A stretch of DNA of 64,000 nt from assembly GCA_963663385.2 (NCBI GenBank), contig CAXXXD010000002.1, positions 1,184,001-1,248,000 on the forward strand, read 5' to 3'. The position numbers and the translations under genes were made by a program. Shown piece by piece: positions 48,985 through 58,714 of the stretch. The notes below the pieces were generated by a model. That model was not told the DNA's origin and made no database searches. It saw only the letters and a list, made by a program, of their open reading frames with translations. This DNA comes from Oceanispirochaeta sp. (GTDB taxonomy: Bacteria; Spirochaetota; Spirochaetia; DSM-2461). Position 1 is the stretch's first letter; each line of letters begins with the position of its first letter.

Positions 48985-50528
48985 AGGATAAACTGCTTGC
49001 AGTTGACTGCGGAACCCAGAGTCTCAGAACCATTATCTTTAACAAAGCCGGGGAAATCCTTGATAAGGAGAAAATAGAGTACGACCCCTATCAGTCTCCC
49101 GAGCCGGGATGGGCCGAACAGCACCCCGATCTTTTCTGGGATGCTCTGGTTCAGGGGTGTGGTGCTCTGAAAAGCCGGAGCCCAGGTTTATTTGATCAGA
49201 TCGGCGGTATCGGTGTAACTTCCCAGAGGGATACAATGATTAATCTGGACAGTGACGGCCGTGTCCTGAGACCGGCTATAACCTGGCTGGATACCAGAAA
49301 GGCCGATGGCCCTTACCACCCCCGTTTCCCCATGAATCTGGCCTATAAGGCTGTAAAAAAAGATAAGGTTATCCTCAAAACCATGAGGGACGGGAAGAGT
49401 AACTGGATACGGGAGAATCAGAGGGAAATCTGGGAAAATACCTGGAAATATGTACAGGTTTCGGGATTTTTGAACCACCGCCTCTGCGGAGAGCCCGTAG
49501 ATTCGGTTGCCTCCATGGTAGGGCATATCCCTATGGATACAAAGCATCGCCGCTGGTCCGGAAAAAACAGCCTTAAAGGAAAAATGTTTCCCATCGAAAA
49601 GGAGAAGCAGTACCGCCTGACGGAAGCCGGGGAAGTGGCTGGAGCGGTTACCCGGGAAGCTTCGGAGGCAACCGGACTGCCTGCGGGGCTGCCTGTCGTG
49701 GCCTGCGGCAGTGATAAAAGCTGTGAAACCCTCGGTATGGGGTGTCTTGATACTTCCCTGGCATCTCTCAGTTTTGGAACAACCGCTACGGTGGAGGTGT
49801 GCAGCAAGCGTTATTTCGAACCCCTGCCGTTTCTGCCGGCCTATTGCGCTGCTTACCCGGGCGCCTGGGTGCCTGAGGTTGAAATCTACCGGGGATACTG
49901 GATGATCAGCTGGTTCCGGGATGAACTGGGACACCGGGAGATGGATGAAGCGCGCCGCATGGGAATCCTGCCTGAAAAGCTTCTGGACAGGCTTCTGGAG
50001 ACAGACCCTCCCGGCTGCCGGGGGCTGATGATGCAGCCTTACTGGGGGCCCAGTCTGAAAGATCCCTATGCCAAGGGTTCCCTGATCGGGTTCGGGGATG
50101 TTCATACAAGGAGTTCCATCTATCGGGCAACCGTGGAAGGTCTGGGTTATGCCCTCAGGGACGGTCTGGAAACCCTTGAAAAGAGGGGGCATTTCCATGC
50201 TCCCCGGGTAGCCGTTTCCGGCGGTGCCAGCAGGAGTGATCTGGTTTGTCAGATCAGTGCGGATATATTCGGAAGGCCTCTTGTCCGGGGCCGGACATAC
50301 GAAACTTCCGCTCTGGGAGCTGCCATTCTGACGGCTTCCGCCCTGGGACAGCATCCATCCATAGACCGGGCTGTCGAAAAAATGGTCGGGTATGAAAAAA
50401 CATTCGAGCCGGATAAAAAGAATGCCGGACTCTACTCAAAACTGTTCAGGGTATACAGGGGAATCTATCCGCGTATGCAGCATATGTACCGGGATATTCA
50501 GGAAATTACCGGGTATCCTGAAATATAA
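48981..50528 (+). CDS. FGGY-family carbohydrate kinase
   Basis: AVDCGTQS, PGWAEQ, TSQR, W.D.R, GSD, SFGT, SGGA, ETSALGAA. Confidence 0.9.
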   Translation: MKDKLLAVDCGTQSLRTIIFNKAGEILDKEKIEYDPYQSPEPGWAEQHPDLFWDALVQGCGALKSRSPGLFDQIGGIGVTSQRDTMINLDSDGRVLRPAITWLDTRKADGPYHPRFPMNLAYKAVKKDKVILKTMRDGKSNWIRENQREIWENTWKYVQVSGFLNHRLCGEPVDSVASMVGHIPMDTKHRRWSGKNSLKGKMFPIEKEKQYRLTEAGEVAGAVTREASEATGLPAGLPVVACGSDKSCETLGMGCLDTSLASLSFGTTATVEVCSKRYFEPLPFLPAYCAAYPGAWVPEVEIYRGYWMISWFRDELGHREMDEARRMGILPEKLLDRLLETDPPGCRGLMMQPYWGPSLKDPYAKGSLIGFGDVHTRSSIYRATVEGLGYALRDGLETLEKRGHFHAPRVAVSGGASRSDLVCQISADIFGRPLVRGRTYETSALGAAILTASALGQHPSIDRAVEKMVGYEKTFEPDKKNAGLYSKLFRVYRGIYPRMQHMYRDIQEITGYPEI

Positions 50529-50542
50529 GATCCTTATCCTTT

Positions 50543-51532
50543 TTATACCGGAAATTCAGCAAAAGGGAACGTCTTTAGAAATAGCCCCAGATCCTTTTCC
50601 AGGTTCTCAGTGAATTTCCTGCCCTCCGGTGAATCGGGGAACCGGAGACGGTGGTTCCGTTTTTTACGAAGGGACTCCGCCATCTTCAGATAATCCGCAA
50701 GGGCGGAGGATCCCGCCGCCAGGCAGAATCGTTTCATAATGTAATGGACAGCCTGATCCGAGGGATGGGTCAGATCATCCGCATACCAGCGGTAATCCCG
50801 CAGCTCATCCAGCATGATTTCGTATGAGGGAAAGTAGTCTGCTTCAGCCCGGGTACGGCAGACGGCATCCAGACCGCAGCGGAGCAGAGCTTTGCTCAGG
50901 GAATTCTCCTCGGCGCTGTCTCTGAGGTGCCTGACAGGGCTGAGGGTGAAGATAATATGTATTTCCGGAAGAGAGCGGGTCAGTGTCCGGCACAGGTCTT
51001 CCAGAATCCTGTTTATTTCACTATAGGAAAGACAGACTCTTTCAAAATGGGAAGAAGGTCTCTTGTGGCAGTTGTTGACAGTGCTGCCTGTGGTTTCCTC
51101 TCTGTATACCCAGGCAGTACCCAGCGTAATAACGGCTGTTTCGCATTTCTGTAAATAGTCTCTGTGATTCCTCAGCCGCGTGTTCAGTTCATTCAGCAGT
51201 TCCTCTTTACCCGCTCCGGTTCCGCAGCTGTCAAACAGGCTGTGCCGCCATAGCCCCTTGTGAAAAAAGAGTTCTCTCTCTTCAATGGCTCTGTCTGAGA
51301 GGAGGAGGGCGAAGGTCTCCTTCAGGCTTTCGGGGTTATAGATATTCCCGAAGGGGGCGATCCTTCCGGGCAGAAAATGGTCCTTCCAGAAATGGTACAG
51401 GTTCGCGGCAAAGCAGGATCCGGCGAAATACACTTTACCGGAAGGTTCAATCAGCCTGGGTAACGGCAGTATGTCAACAGGAGTAAAGCTGCCTCTCCAG
51501 AATTCATCCGCCCCTGTGGTTTCCACTTTCAT
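50543..51532 (-). CDS. GSCFA domain-containing protein
   Basis: GSCFA, PFGNIYNP, TLGTA, TLSPVRH, YFPSYEI..DELRDYR. Confidence 0.92.
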   Translation of the reverse strand: MKVETTGADEFWRGSFTPVDILPLPRLIEPSGKVYFAGSCFAANLYHFWKDHFLPGRIAPFGNIYNPESLKETFALLLSDRAIEERELFFHKGLWRHSLFDSCGTGAGKEELLNELNTRLRNHRDYLQKCETAVITLGTAWVYREETTGSTVNNCHKRPSSHFERVCLSYSEINRILEDLCRTLTRSLPEIHIIFTLSPVRHLRDSAEENSLSKALLRCGLDAVCRTRAEADYFPSYEIMLDELRDYRWYADDLTHPSDQAVHYIMKRFCLAAGSSALADYLKMAESLRKKRNHRLRFPDSPEGRKFTENLEKDLGLFLKTFPFAEFPV

Positions 51533-52875
51533 AATCCCAGAATCTTTTTTGACACTTCAAAGAAGATGGTGAGACCGCAGACATCAATCACGGTAGACAT
51601 CAGGGGGCCCGCCGCAACAGTCGGGTCAAATCCGAGGCGGTGAATAAACATGGGGACCAGGGCGCCCAGCACTGTCGCAAACATAACAACACTGCACAAA
51701 GAAATGGCAATGGCGACAGCCGGCAGCAGTTCAATCCCCGGCGGGGTAAAATAGGCTCTTGTCAGAATCACCGCACCCGTGATAAACCCGATCAGCAGGC
51801 CTACCAGCAGTTCTTTCGTCAGCACTTTCCAGATATCCCGGAAGTGGAGTTCTCCCGTCGCCAGTCCCCGTATCATCAGGGTGGAGGACTGGGTTCCCGA
51901 GTTGCCCCCGGTCTGGGTAATAACCGGTATAAAGAGGGTAAGGAAGGCCGCTGTCAGATAGAGGGGCTCGTAGGAGCTTAAAACATTTGTGGTTATGGTT
52001 CCCGCTACCAGCAGAATGATCAGCCAGGGGAGCCGTTTTTTCACCAGGCCCCAGATGGATGTCTCCATATAGCTGAGGGTATCACCTACCATGGCACCCA
52101 TTTTGTAAATATCCTCGGTCTGTTCCTCCCGGATAACATCTATCACATCATCGAAGGTGATGATACCCAGGAGCCGGTTGAAACGGTCCACTACGGGAAG
52201 AGCCAGAAGATCATGGTTTTCCAGAACCCGTGCCGACTCTTCCTGGTCCGTATTATCGTTTACATAGATTACATTCCGGATCATAATATCGTCTATTTTA
52301 TCGTTATCCCTCGCCCGGAGTATATCCTTCAATGAAACAACGCCGATCAGCCTTTTCAGCTGGTCCACCACATAGATGTAGTAGACCGTTTCCAGGGTAT
52401 CCATGGAACTGCGTATAAAGTGGAGAGCCTGGGCTACTGTGATATCCGCCAGAATAGCCGCGTAACGCGGTGTCATCAGTCCGGCCGCATCATCCTCGTC
52501 AAAGCGGAGGAGAAAGGTCGTTTCCTTTCTGGCTTCTTCGCTCATGTTCTCCCAGACAGAACTGCGCAGTTCCGGGCTGAGGTCCTGTATAAGGTCTACC
52601 AGGTCATCCGGTTCCATGTCTTCCAGCAGGTCCCTGGCGGCCTGTTCGGATAGTTCGCTGATAAGGTGCTCCTGTTCAAAAAGGGGAAGCTCATGGAGAA
52701 GGTCTCCCCGGTTTTCGGGCAGGATAACCAGAAACAGGCGGAGTTTTTCCTCGGGAGTGAATTTATCCCAGACCTCTACAAGTTCCGCTGCGCTGAGGGA
52801 GCGGATCAGGTTCTTCAATGCCTCATCGTGGAGGGGATCCATATACTCTTTCAGGTTGTTAATCAGGTTTTCCAT
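51529..52875 (-). CDS. mgtE: Magnesium transporter MgtE
   Basis: AAGLMT, CBS pair, GIITFDD, RLPWL, GGNSGTQ, DPTVAAGP. Confidence 0.95.
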   Translation of the reverse strand: MENLINNLKEYMDPLHDEALKNLIRSLSAAELVEVWDKFTPEEKLRLFLVILPENRGDLLHELPLFEQEHLISELSEQAARDLLEDMEPDDLVDLIQDLSPELRSSVWENMSEEARKETTFLLRFDEDDAAGLMTPRYAAILADITVAQALHFIRSSMDTLETVYYIYVVDQLKRLIGVVSLKDILRARDNDKIDDIMIRNVIYVNDNTDQEESARVLENHDLLALPVVDRFNRLLGIITFDDVIDVIREEQTEDIYKMGAMVGDTLSYMETSIWGLVKKRLPWLIILLVAGTITTNVLSSYEPLYLTAAFLTLFIPVITQTGGNSGTQSSTLMIRGLATGELHFRDIWKVLTKELLVGLLIGFITGAVILTRAYFTPPGIELLPAVAIAISLCSVVMFATVLGALVPMFIHRLGFDPTVAAGPLMSTVIDVCGLTIFFEVSKKILGL

Positions 52876-52904
52876 AATCCGTCTCCTCAGTCCGTTTTCT
52901 GCTG

Positions 52905-53840
52905 TCAGTCCCATTCTCCGATTTTCAGGACCTCCGGTTCCAGCAGGAATCCGGTTTCTCTCAGTACTGTTTTCTGAACGAGTTCGATCAGCTCCGCGAT
53001 CTCTGCAGAACTGGCATCTTTTTCATTAATAAGAATGTTTCCGTGCCACTCAGAAACTGCTGCACCTCCCAGGCGGGTTCCTTTCAGCCCGGCTCTCTCA
53101 ATAAGAACCCCCGATGGGGCTCCGAAGTCCCGGTTATTCTTAAAGGTTGAGCCGGCGCAGGGAGCCCTGAAGTGGCCCTTGGCGGCTCTGTCTTCCCGGA
53201 TCTGAGCCATTTTTTTCAGCAGCTCGACCCTGTTCCCTTTACTGACCCGGAAGGCCGCGGACAGTATAACACAGTCCCTGTCCTGAAAGGGGGACTTTTT
53301 ATACGCCCAGTCTTCCTCCGTAAAGAAAATCCTCTCCACTTCCAGCTTTTTATTCAAAATATCGGCCCAGCAGAAAATATGGGATATTTCTCCCCCGTAG
53401 CAGCGGGCATTCATCCAGAGGGCCCCGCCCACGGAACCGGGCATGGCGTATATAAATTCAATCCCTTCAAGACCCCAGCTGGCGGCTTTTTCCGCCCCCC
53501 GGGAAATGCCGAGTCCGGCCTCCATGATCAGGGTGTCCCCGGAGCAGGGATTATGGTCCAGTGCTATCCGGTTCAGCCGTTTCATATTGATTACAGCACC
53601 GCGGAAACCTCTATCCGAAATCAGTATATTGGCTCCTCCTCCCAGTATGAACCAGGGTATATTCTCTTCCCTGAAAGCCTTTAGTAGATGCAGCAGTTCC
53701 TTCCGGTTCACCGGTTCCGCATAGATGTCGGCTTTTCCGCCGGTCTGAAAGGTATTGTAGGTATTCAGGGGCTCATCTTCCCGTAAAATACCATTAATAT
53801 TGATTTTTCTGTTTAAATTCACTAATTTGTACACATACAT
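52905..53840 (-). CDS. murB: UDP-N-acetylenolpyruvoylglucosamine reductase
   Basis: LGGGANIL, PGSVGGALWMNA, AGSTFKN, HGN, LEPEV. Confidence 0.95.
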   Translation of the reverse strand: MYVYKLVNLNRKININGILREDEPLNTYNTFQTGGKADIYAEPVNRKELLHLLKAFREENIPWFILGGGANILISDRGFRGAVINMKRLNRIALDHNPCSGDTLIMEAGLGISRGAEKAASWGLEGIEFIYAMPGSVGGALWMNARCYGGEISHIFCWADILNKKLEVERIFFTEEDWAYKKSPFQDRDCVILSAAFRVSKGNRVELLKKMAQIREDRAAKGHFRAPCAGSTFKNNRDFGAPSGVLIERAGLKGTRLGGAAVSEWHGNILINEKDASSAEIAELIELVQKTVLRETGFLLEPEVLKIGEWD

Positions 53841-53887
53841 ATGATAATTGCCCTGTATCCGAGTGGCAACATGGTTAAGGAGAAATT

Positions 53888-55303
53888 GTGAAGGTTAAAT
53901 TATTTAATTCCGATGGACGGGAACTGCAGGAGTTCGAGCCAATAGAAAATGGAAAAGCCGGACTGTACTGCTGTGGTCCCACCGTATACAACTACGCCCA
54001 TATCGGAAATATGCGCCCCTATACCTTTGAAGATGTTCTCAGACGAACCCTGGAGTATGCCGGATACAAAGTAACCCATGTTATGAATGTAACAGATGTG
54101 GGGCACCTGACCGACGATGGTGACGAGGGTGAAGATAAAATGATTAAAAGCGCCCGGGAACAGGGGATGACCGTATGGGAAATCGCCGAGTTCTTTACGA
54201 AGGCGTTTTTCCGGGATACGGAGCGTTTGAATATACACGTGCCTCACCAGGTATGTCTGGCTACCAAACATATTCAGGAAATGATAGATATGGTCAAGAC
54301 GCTTGAAGAGAAGGGGTATACCTATACTTCCGGGGGAAATGTCTATTTCGATACGTCAAAATTTCCTGAATATGGAAAAATGGCCGGACTGGATAAGCAG
54401 GAACTTCAGCATGGCGCCCGAACTGACGTGGACGAAAACAAGAAAAATGCCCAGGACTTTGTCTTATGGTTTACAAACAGCAAGTTTGAAAATCAGGCTA
54501 TGACATGGGAATCTCCCTGGGGTGTAGGCTACCCGGGGTGGCATCTTGAATGCAGTGCCATGAGCAGCAAATACCTTGGCCCCCATTTCGATATTCACTG
54601 TGGTGGAATCGATCATGTTCCGGTTCATCATACAAACGAGATTGCCCAGTCCGAAGCGGCAAACGGCTGCAAATGGGTCAACTACTGGCTTCATAATGAG
54701 TTTATCATTATGAAAAACGGTAAGATGTCCAAATCCAAGGGAGGTTTCCTGACTCTTCAGGATCTGGTTGATAAAGGCTATGATGCCATGGACTACCGTT
54801 ATTTTCTCCTGGCGGGACACTACCGCTCCCAGCTGATTTTCACCTGGGAATCTCTGGATGCCGCCCGTACGGCACGGGAAGGGCTGCTGAAAAAAACAGC
54901 TCAGCTGAAAGCGAAATGCAGCCCTGTCGATCCAGAGGATTTTACTGATGCCGCTGTCAGGGTGCGTCAGGACTTCCAGGATCATATCTCCCAGGACCTG
55001 AATACACCCCGCTGTCTGGCTGATATCTGGAGCGCCCTGAAGAACAATGAACTCACCGACGGGGAAAAACTGGGACTCCTGCTGGATATGGACAGGATAA
55101 TGGGGCTTAAGCTGGCTGATGCGGAGCTGGAAGAAGAAAATGCCGAACCCCTTGACAGTGAGATTGAACAGTTGATTCTTAAAAGGCAGGAAGCCCGTAA
55201 AAACAGGGATTTTGCCCTCTCCGACAAGATCCGGGACGATCTTCTGGCCAGGGGGATCCAGATCATAGATTCTCCCGATGGGCCTAAATGGAAAAAAAGT
55301 TGA
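53888..55303 (+). CDS. cysS: Cysteine--tRNA ligase
   Basis: CGPTVY, HIGN, PGWHLEC, HHTNE, KMSKS. Confidence 0.97.
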   Translation: MKVKLFNSDGRELQEFEPIENGKAGLYCCGPTVYNYAHIGNMRPYTFEDVLRRTLEYAGYKVTHVMNVTDVGHLTDDGDEGEDKMIKSAREQGMTVWEIAEFFTKAFFRDTERLNIHVPHQVCLATKHIQEMIDMVKTLEEKGYTYTSGGNVYFDTSKFPEYGKMAGLDKQELQHGARTDVDENKKNAQDFVLWFTNSKFENQAMTWESPWGVGYPGWHLECSAMSSKYLGPHFDIHCGGIDHVPVHHTNEIAQSEAANGCKWVNYWLHNEFIIMKNGKMSKSKGGFLTLQDLVDKGYDAMDYRYFLLAGHYRSQLIFTWESLDAARTAREGLLKKTAQLKAKCSPVDPEDFTDAAVRVRQDFQDHISQDLNTPRCLADIWSALKNNELTDGEKLGLLLDMDRIMGLKLADAELEEENAEPLDSEIEQLILKRQEARKNRDFALSDKIRDDLLARGIQIIDSPDGPKWKKS

Positions 55304-55310
55304 ATTTTCC

Positions 55311-55340
55311 TGTAACAAACTTTGTAGAACCATGTTTTAA
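55311..55340 (+). promoter_or_regulatory. Possible ECF-type autoregulatory promoter
   Basis: TGTAAC then TGTTT about 16 nt downstream, directly before the ECF sigma gene. Confidence 0.4.
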
Positions 55341-55358
55341 TGTTAAAGGGTAAGATGC

Positions 55359-55871
55359 GTGTCGATAGAATTTGAACAGACTTACAACGAGCTATACCCC
55401 CTATTGATGCGTGTAGCCTACAGAATTACCGGTTCTACTTCCGTCAGTGAAGACTTATGTCAGGAAGCTTTTATCCGGTATTTCGAAAGGATTGATAAGA
55501 TCCCTCCCGGAGACCAGGCCAAATACTGGCTGATCAGGGTTATTAAAAACCTTGCGTTCAATCATGAAAAGCGTAAGGGGCGGGAGAGGAATGCTTATCA
55601 GAAGTACTACTACGAACCCAAACCCGAGATTACAAATCAGGGAGAAAAGGGTTTAATGGAGGACGAATCCAAACGGATGGTCCAGGATGCGTTAATGCAG
55701 CTGCCCTATAAAATGCGGGTAGTGCTTACACTGAAAGAGTATGGTGGTCTCAATTATAAACAAATCGGTGAGATTCTGAAAATCTCGGAAGGAAATGTAA
55801 AGATCCGTGTTTTCAGAGCCAGACAGAAAATAAGTGAAATCCTGAGAAAGGGGGAAGTCTATGTGCCCTGA
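55359..55871 (+). CDS. ECF RNA polymerase sigma factor
   Basis: EDLCQEAF, WLIRV..N, LP...R.VL.L....GL.Y..I..IL....G.VK.R..RAR. Confidence 0.92.
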   Translation: MSIEFEQTYNELYPLLMRVAYRITGSTSVSEDLCQEAFIRYFERIDKIPPGDQAKYWLIRVIKNLAFNHEKRKGRERNAYQKYYYEPKPEITNQGEKGLMEDESKRMVQDALMQLPYKMRVVLTLKEYGGLNYKQIGEILKISEGNVKIRVFRARQKISEILRKGEVYVP

Positions 55872-56433
55872 CAACACACTGTTGTCTGCTTTTTTTGACG
55901 GAGAGGTTTCCAGTCCCTGGAAAGAACAGATTGAAGAACATCTTGTAATCTGTGAGAAATGCCGTTCCATCGTAGACGGATATGCCGGACAGAGCCGTCT
56001 GCTTCAAAGTGAACCCGAACCGGCTTATATATCAACTTTCTCGGATCTGGAACATCTGATCCGCCATAAAAGTACGGTACATGTGGCAGAGTCTCTCTGG
56101 TCGGGTATCAAATGGCCGGCTATTCCCGCTGCCGCGGCGGCGGCAGCCGTTTTCGCCTTTGTCATGGGTTTTGTTCTGGCTGGAAACAACGGCGCTGCCG
56201 GAAGCTATATAGGCCAACCCATTGCTGTCTCCGAGGGATGGTCAATTCCTCAGGGAGATCTGACGGTTCCCGGAGAGGATATTAATGCTCTACTGTCGCT
56301 TCTTGAACCTTCAGACAGTCAATTATTCAACCAGGAATCCAGTATGGAACTACCTGTCGGTCTGAATCTGGAACTGTACGGGGATTCCCAGTTACTGAAA
56401 TCCGCCGGCCTAAGCGGGGGCTCATCGCGTTGA
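55861..56433 (+). CDS. Zinc-binding (zf-HC2) membrane anti-sigma factor
   Basis: CP...LSAFFDGE...EHL..C..C; one TM helix; overlaps the sigma gene. Confidence 0.85.
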   Translation: MCPDNTLLSAFFDGEVSSPWKEQIEEHLVICEKCRSIVDGYAGQSRLLQSEPEPAYISTFSDLEHLIRHKSTVHVAESLWSGIKWPAIPAAAAAAAVFAFVMGFVLAGNNGAAGSYIGQPIAVSEGWSIPQGDLTVPGEDINALLSLLEPSDSQLFNQESSMELPVGLNLELYGDSQLLKSAGLSGGSSR

Positions 56434-56990
56434 TCAAAAAGCCCCTGACCCTCGGAATACTTCTCTGCCTGCTTACCGTAGCAATGGTGAGCGGACAGGA
56501 GCTGAAAGAGCCTTCCATAGAAGAAATTCTGAAAGAGGCTCTGTCCATTAATATTCATGCCAATCTGTCCCAGGACAAAAGAGAAATCATGTGGGAGTCC
56601 GAAGTCAGGAAACTGACAATACCCGGACGTCCCGTAACAATTCATCTGCAGAATCAGCAGGCGAAGCTTTCTGTGCATTTTACACCCTACAGGAAAAATG
56701 ACGGAGGTCTGATTCTTGTCGCTCAAAGCGAAATATGGCTGGTTCAGAATAAATCGGAAACTTCCGCAGAGGGAATCCGTTATTATACAAGCATGAAGAG
56801 CATTCCTCTTGAATTCGGCGAAACGGTACTTTTCTTTCCTCTGGGAAAAATGGATAATCTTACTAATCCTGAAAAACTGCATATTGAAATGGCAGTAATG
56901 ATCAGTCCCTATCATACGAATGATGATGGTGCATCAGTGGATGCTGCTCCTGAGAGCGGTGAAAATCCATCGGACGAATCGGTTAATTGA
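56430..56990 (+). CDS. Exported hypothetical protein of the ECF operon
   Basis: Signal peptide; translationally coupled to the anti-sigma gene. Confidence 0.7.
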   Translation: MIKKPLTLGILLCLLTVAMVSGQELKEPSIEEILKEALSINIHANLSQDKREIMWESEVRKLTIPGRPVTIHLQNQQAKLSVHFTPYRKNDGGLILVAQSEIWLVQNKSETSAEGIRYYTSMKSIPLEFGETVLFFPLGKMDNLTNPEKLHIEMAVMISPYHTNDDGASVDAAPESGENPSDESVN

Positions 56991-57022
56991 ACCGTTTCGC
57001 TTGCCGGAAGGTAAGTTAATCA

Positions 57023-58645
57023 ATGAAAAGAAGCGTCTTTCTCTATCATGTTGTTCCTCTATCCCTGTACGCTTGTCTGATGCTGCTTTTTCTGCTCAGC
57101 CTTTCCGTTTCGAAACGGCAGCCGGAAATTTCATCCATCTCTCCTGAGCAGGTCCGCTCGGGAGATCTGATGGTTATTTCGGGGCGTAACTTCGGTTTAA
57201 CCCGAAATAAATCAAAGGTATGGCTCGATCAGTCCCCCATGCCGGCGTCGGCCATCGAATTCTGGTCCGATACCAGTGTGAAAGTACGGATACCCTCCCT
57301 CTCCGGTTCAGGGCTTGTCTTTCTGGAAACAACTGGAGGCAGGAGCAATGGCGCTCTGTATATCCTTTCGGAAAGACTGCCTGACCGCTCCTCCGGTGCG
57401 TTCCTTCCGGGGAAGCCCTATCTGTCAAGGATTAACAGCAGCTTGTTCAAACCGGGAGAGCTGGTCGTTCTGGATGGCGATAAGCTTGGTACAAGAAAGA
57501 AGAACAGCGAGATTCTGGTTAACCTGACAGGAAAAGCTCCCGAAAGCATGCTGGATGAACCGGATACGGGAGACTATGTAGTCGTACCCCCGGAAAATAT
57601 CGCCGGATGGACCGATAACAGGATTTCCTTCTATCTCCCCGAGGAAGCCAACTGCGGGCCTGTTTATATTAAAACCACTGCCGGATACAGTAATCCGGTT
57701 TCCATAGAAGTAGAGCGAAGCGGAAGGGTTGTGCTTTCAGAACCCCGTTCATTGAAGATCCTGCAGGAAATCCTGGTAACCAGGGTAGGGGCTCTTCCGG
57801 GGAATAACCTTGTTCTCTGGGTGCCTCAGCCTTCTGACGGTCCCGGTCAGAAAACAGTAAATTACCAGTCGAATCGGGAAGCTGTCCGTGAAGACGGCCT
57901 GCTTAAGGTCTATAAACTGGATGAACTGGCCAGCGGATTTGAATACGATGTTCGTTCTGAGTATGAACTCTCCCTGAACAGTGTTGAGTATCAGCCTGTT
58001 CTATCTGAAATTCCCGACTACTACGAAAACGGGGAAATGCTGGAATCCTTTCTGAAGGATGAAGAAGATATCCCGGCTTCCTATTTTACAAGAACTGCTT
58101 CTGCCGTAATAAAAAGGGAAAAGAATCCTTATCAGAAGGCGCTGCTCCTGTTTGATTATATTCAGTGGAAGATGGATCCTGTCCCCGGATATCCGGATCA
58201 GGATTATACAAAATGGCTTACAGACCGGAAAGCCGATTCCTTCGGCTATGCCTCTCTGTTTGTCAGTTTGTGCAGGTCCGCAGGAGTCCCCTCACGGATT
58301 ATTTCGGGTTTATGGTTTCCAGATAGGGGAGAAAAAGGTATTATTCATTACTGGTCTGAGATTTACCTACCCGGATTTGGCTGGTTTGCTGCTGATCCGG
58401 GAGCGGCGGATGGTATTCTGGAATCCGTTCTGCCCGAAGGGGCTGAATCTCCGGGAGGTTGGGGAAGGCTGAATAACGGATACGTGGCTTTCTCCAGAGG
58501 ATCATTGCAAGGAACTCCCTACAGTGATCGTTCGATAAGGATTGACTTTAGGTCCTACAGTCAGCAGAATATATTTGAAGAGTGGATAGGAAATCTTGAA
58601 AGTTGTTCCATTTTTTGGGAAAACATTGCTATAATAGCGGAATAG
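57023..58645 (+). CDS. IPT/TIG-domain transglutaminase-like protein
   Basis: PEISSISP...ISGRNFG...WSDT IPT repeats; FVSLCRSAGVPSR, HYWSEIY, W...DP. Confidence 0.8.
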   Translation: MKRSVFLYHVVPLSLYACLMLLFLLSLSVSKRQPEISSISPEQVRSGDLMVISGRNFGLTRNKSKVWLDQSPMPASAIEFWSDTSVKVRIPSLSGSGLVFLETTGGRSNGALYILSERLPDRSSGAFLPGKPYLSRINSSLFKPGELVVLDGDKLGTRKKNSEILVNLTGKAPESMLDEPDTGDYVVVPPENIAGWTDNRISFYLPEEANCGPVYIKTTAGYSNPVSIEVERSGRVVLSEPRSLKILQEILVTRVGALPGNNLVLWVPQPSDGPGQKTVNYQSNREAVREDGLLKVYKLDELASGFEYDVRSEYELSLNSVEYQPVLSEIPDYYENGEMLESFLKDEEDIPASYFTRTASAVIKREKNPYQKALLLFDYIQWKMDPVPGYPDQDYTKWLTDRKADSFGYASLFVSLCRSAGVPSRIISGLWFPDRGEKGIIHYWSEIYLPGFGWFAADPGAADGILESVLPEGAESPGGWGRLNNGYVAFSRGSLQGTPYSDRSIRIDFRSYSQQNIFEEWIGNLESCSIFWENIAIIAE

Positions 58646-58714
58646 ATCAATTATTGTATGTTTTTTTAATGATATTGTAAAAATATTGTTTTAGAAATGC
58701 AAAGGAGAGTAATT

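Noticed and set aside
49188..50354. Long antisense ORF (388 aa), and similar shadow ORFs at 26174-27067 and 54464-55333
   Set aside because: They lie opposite well-supported genes and show no family motifs
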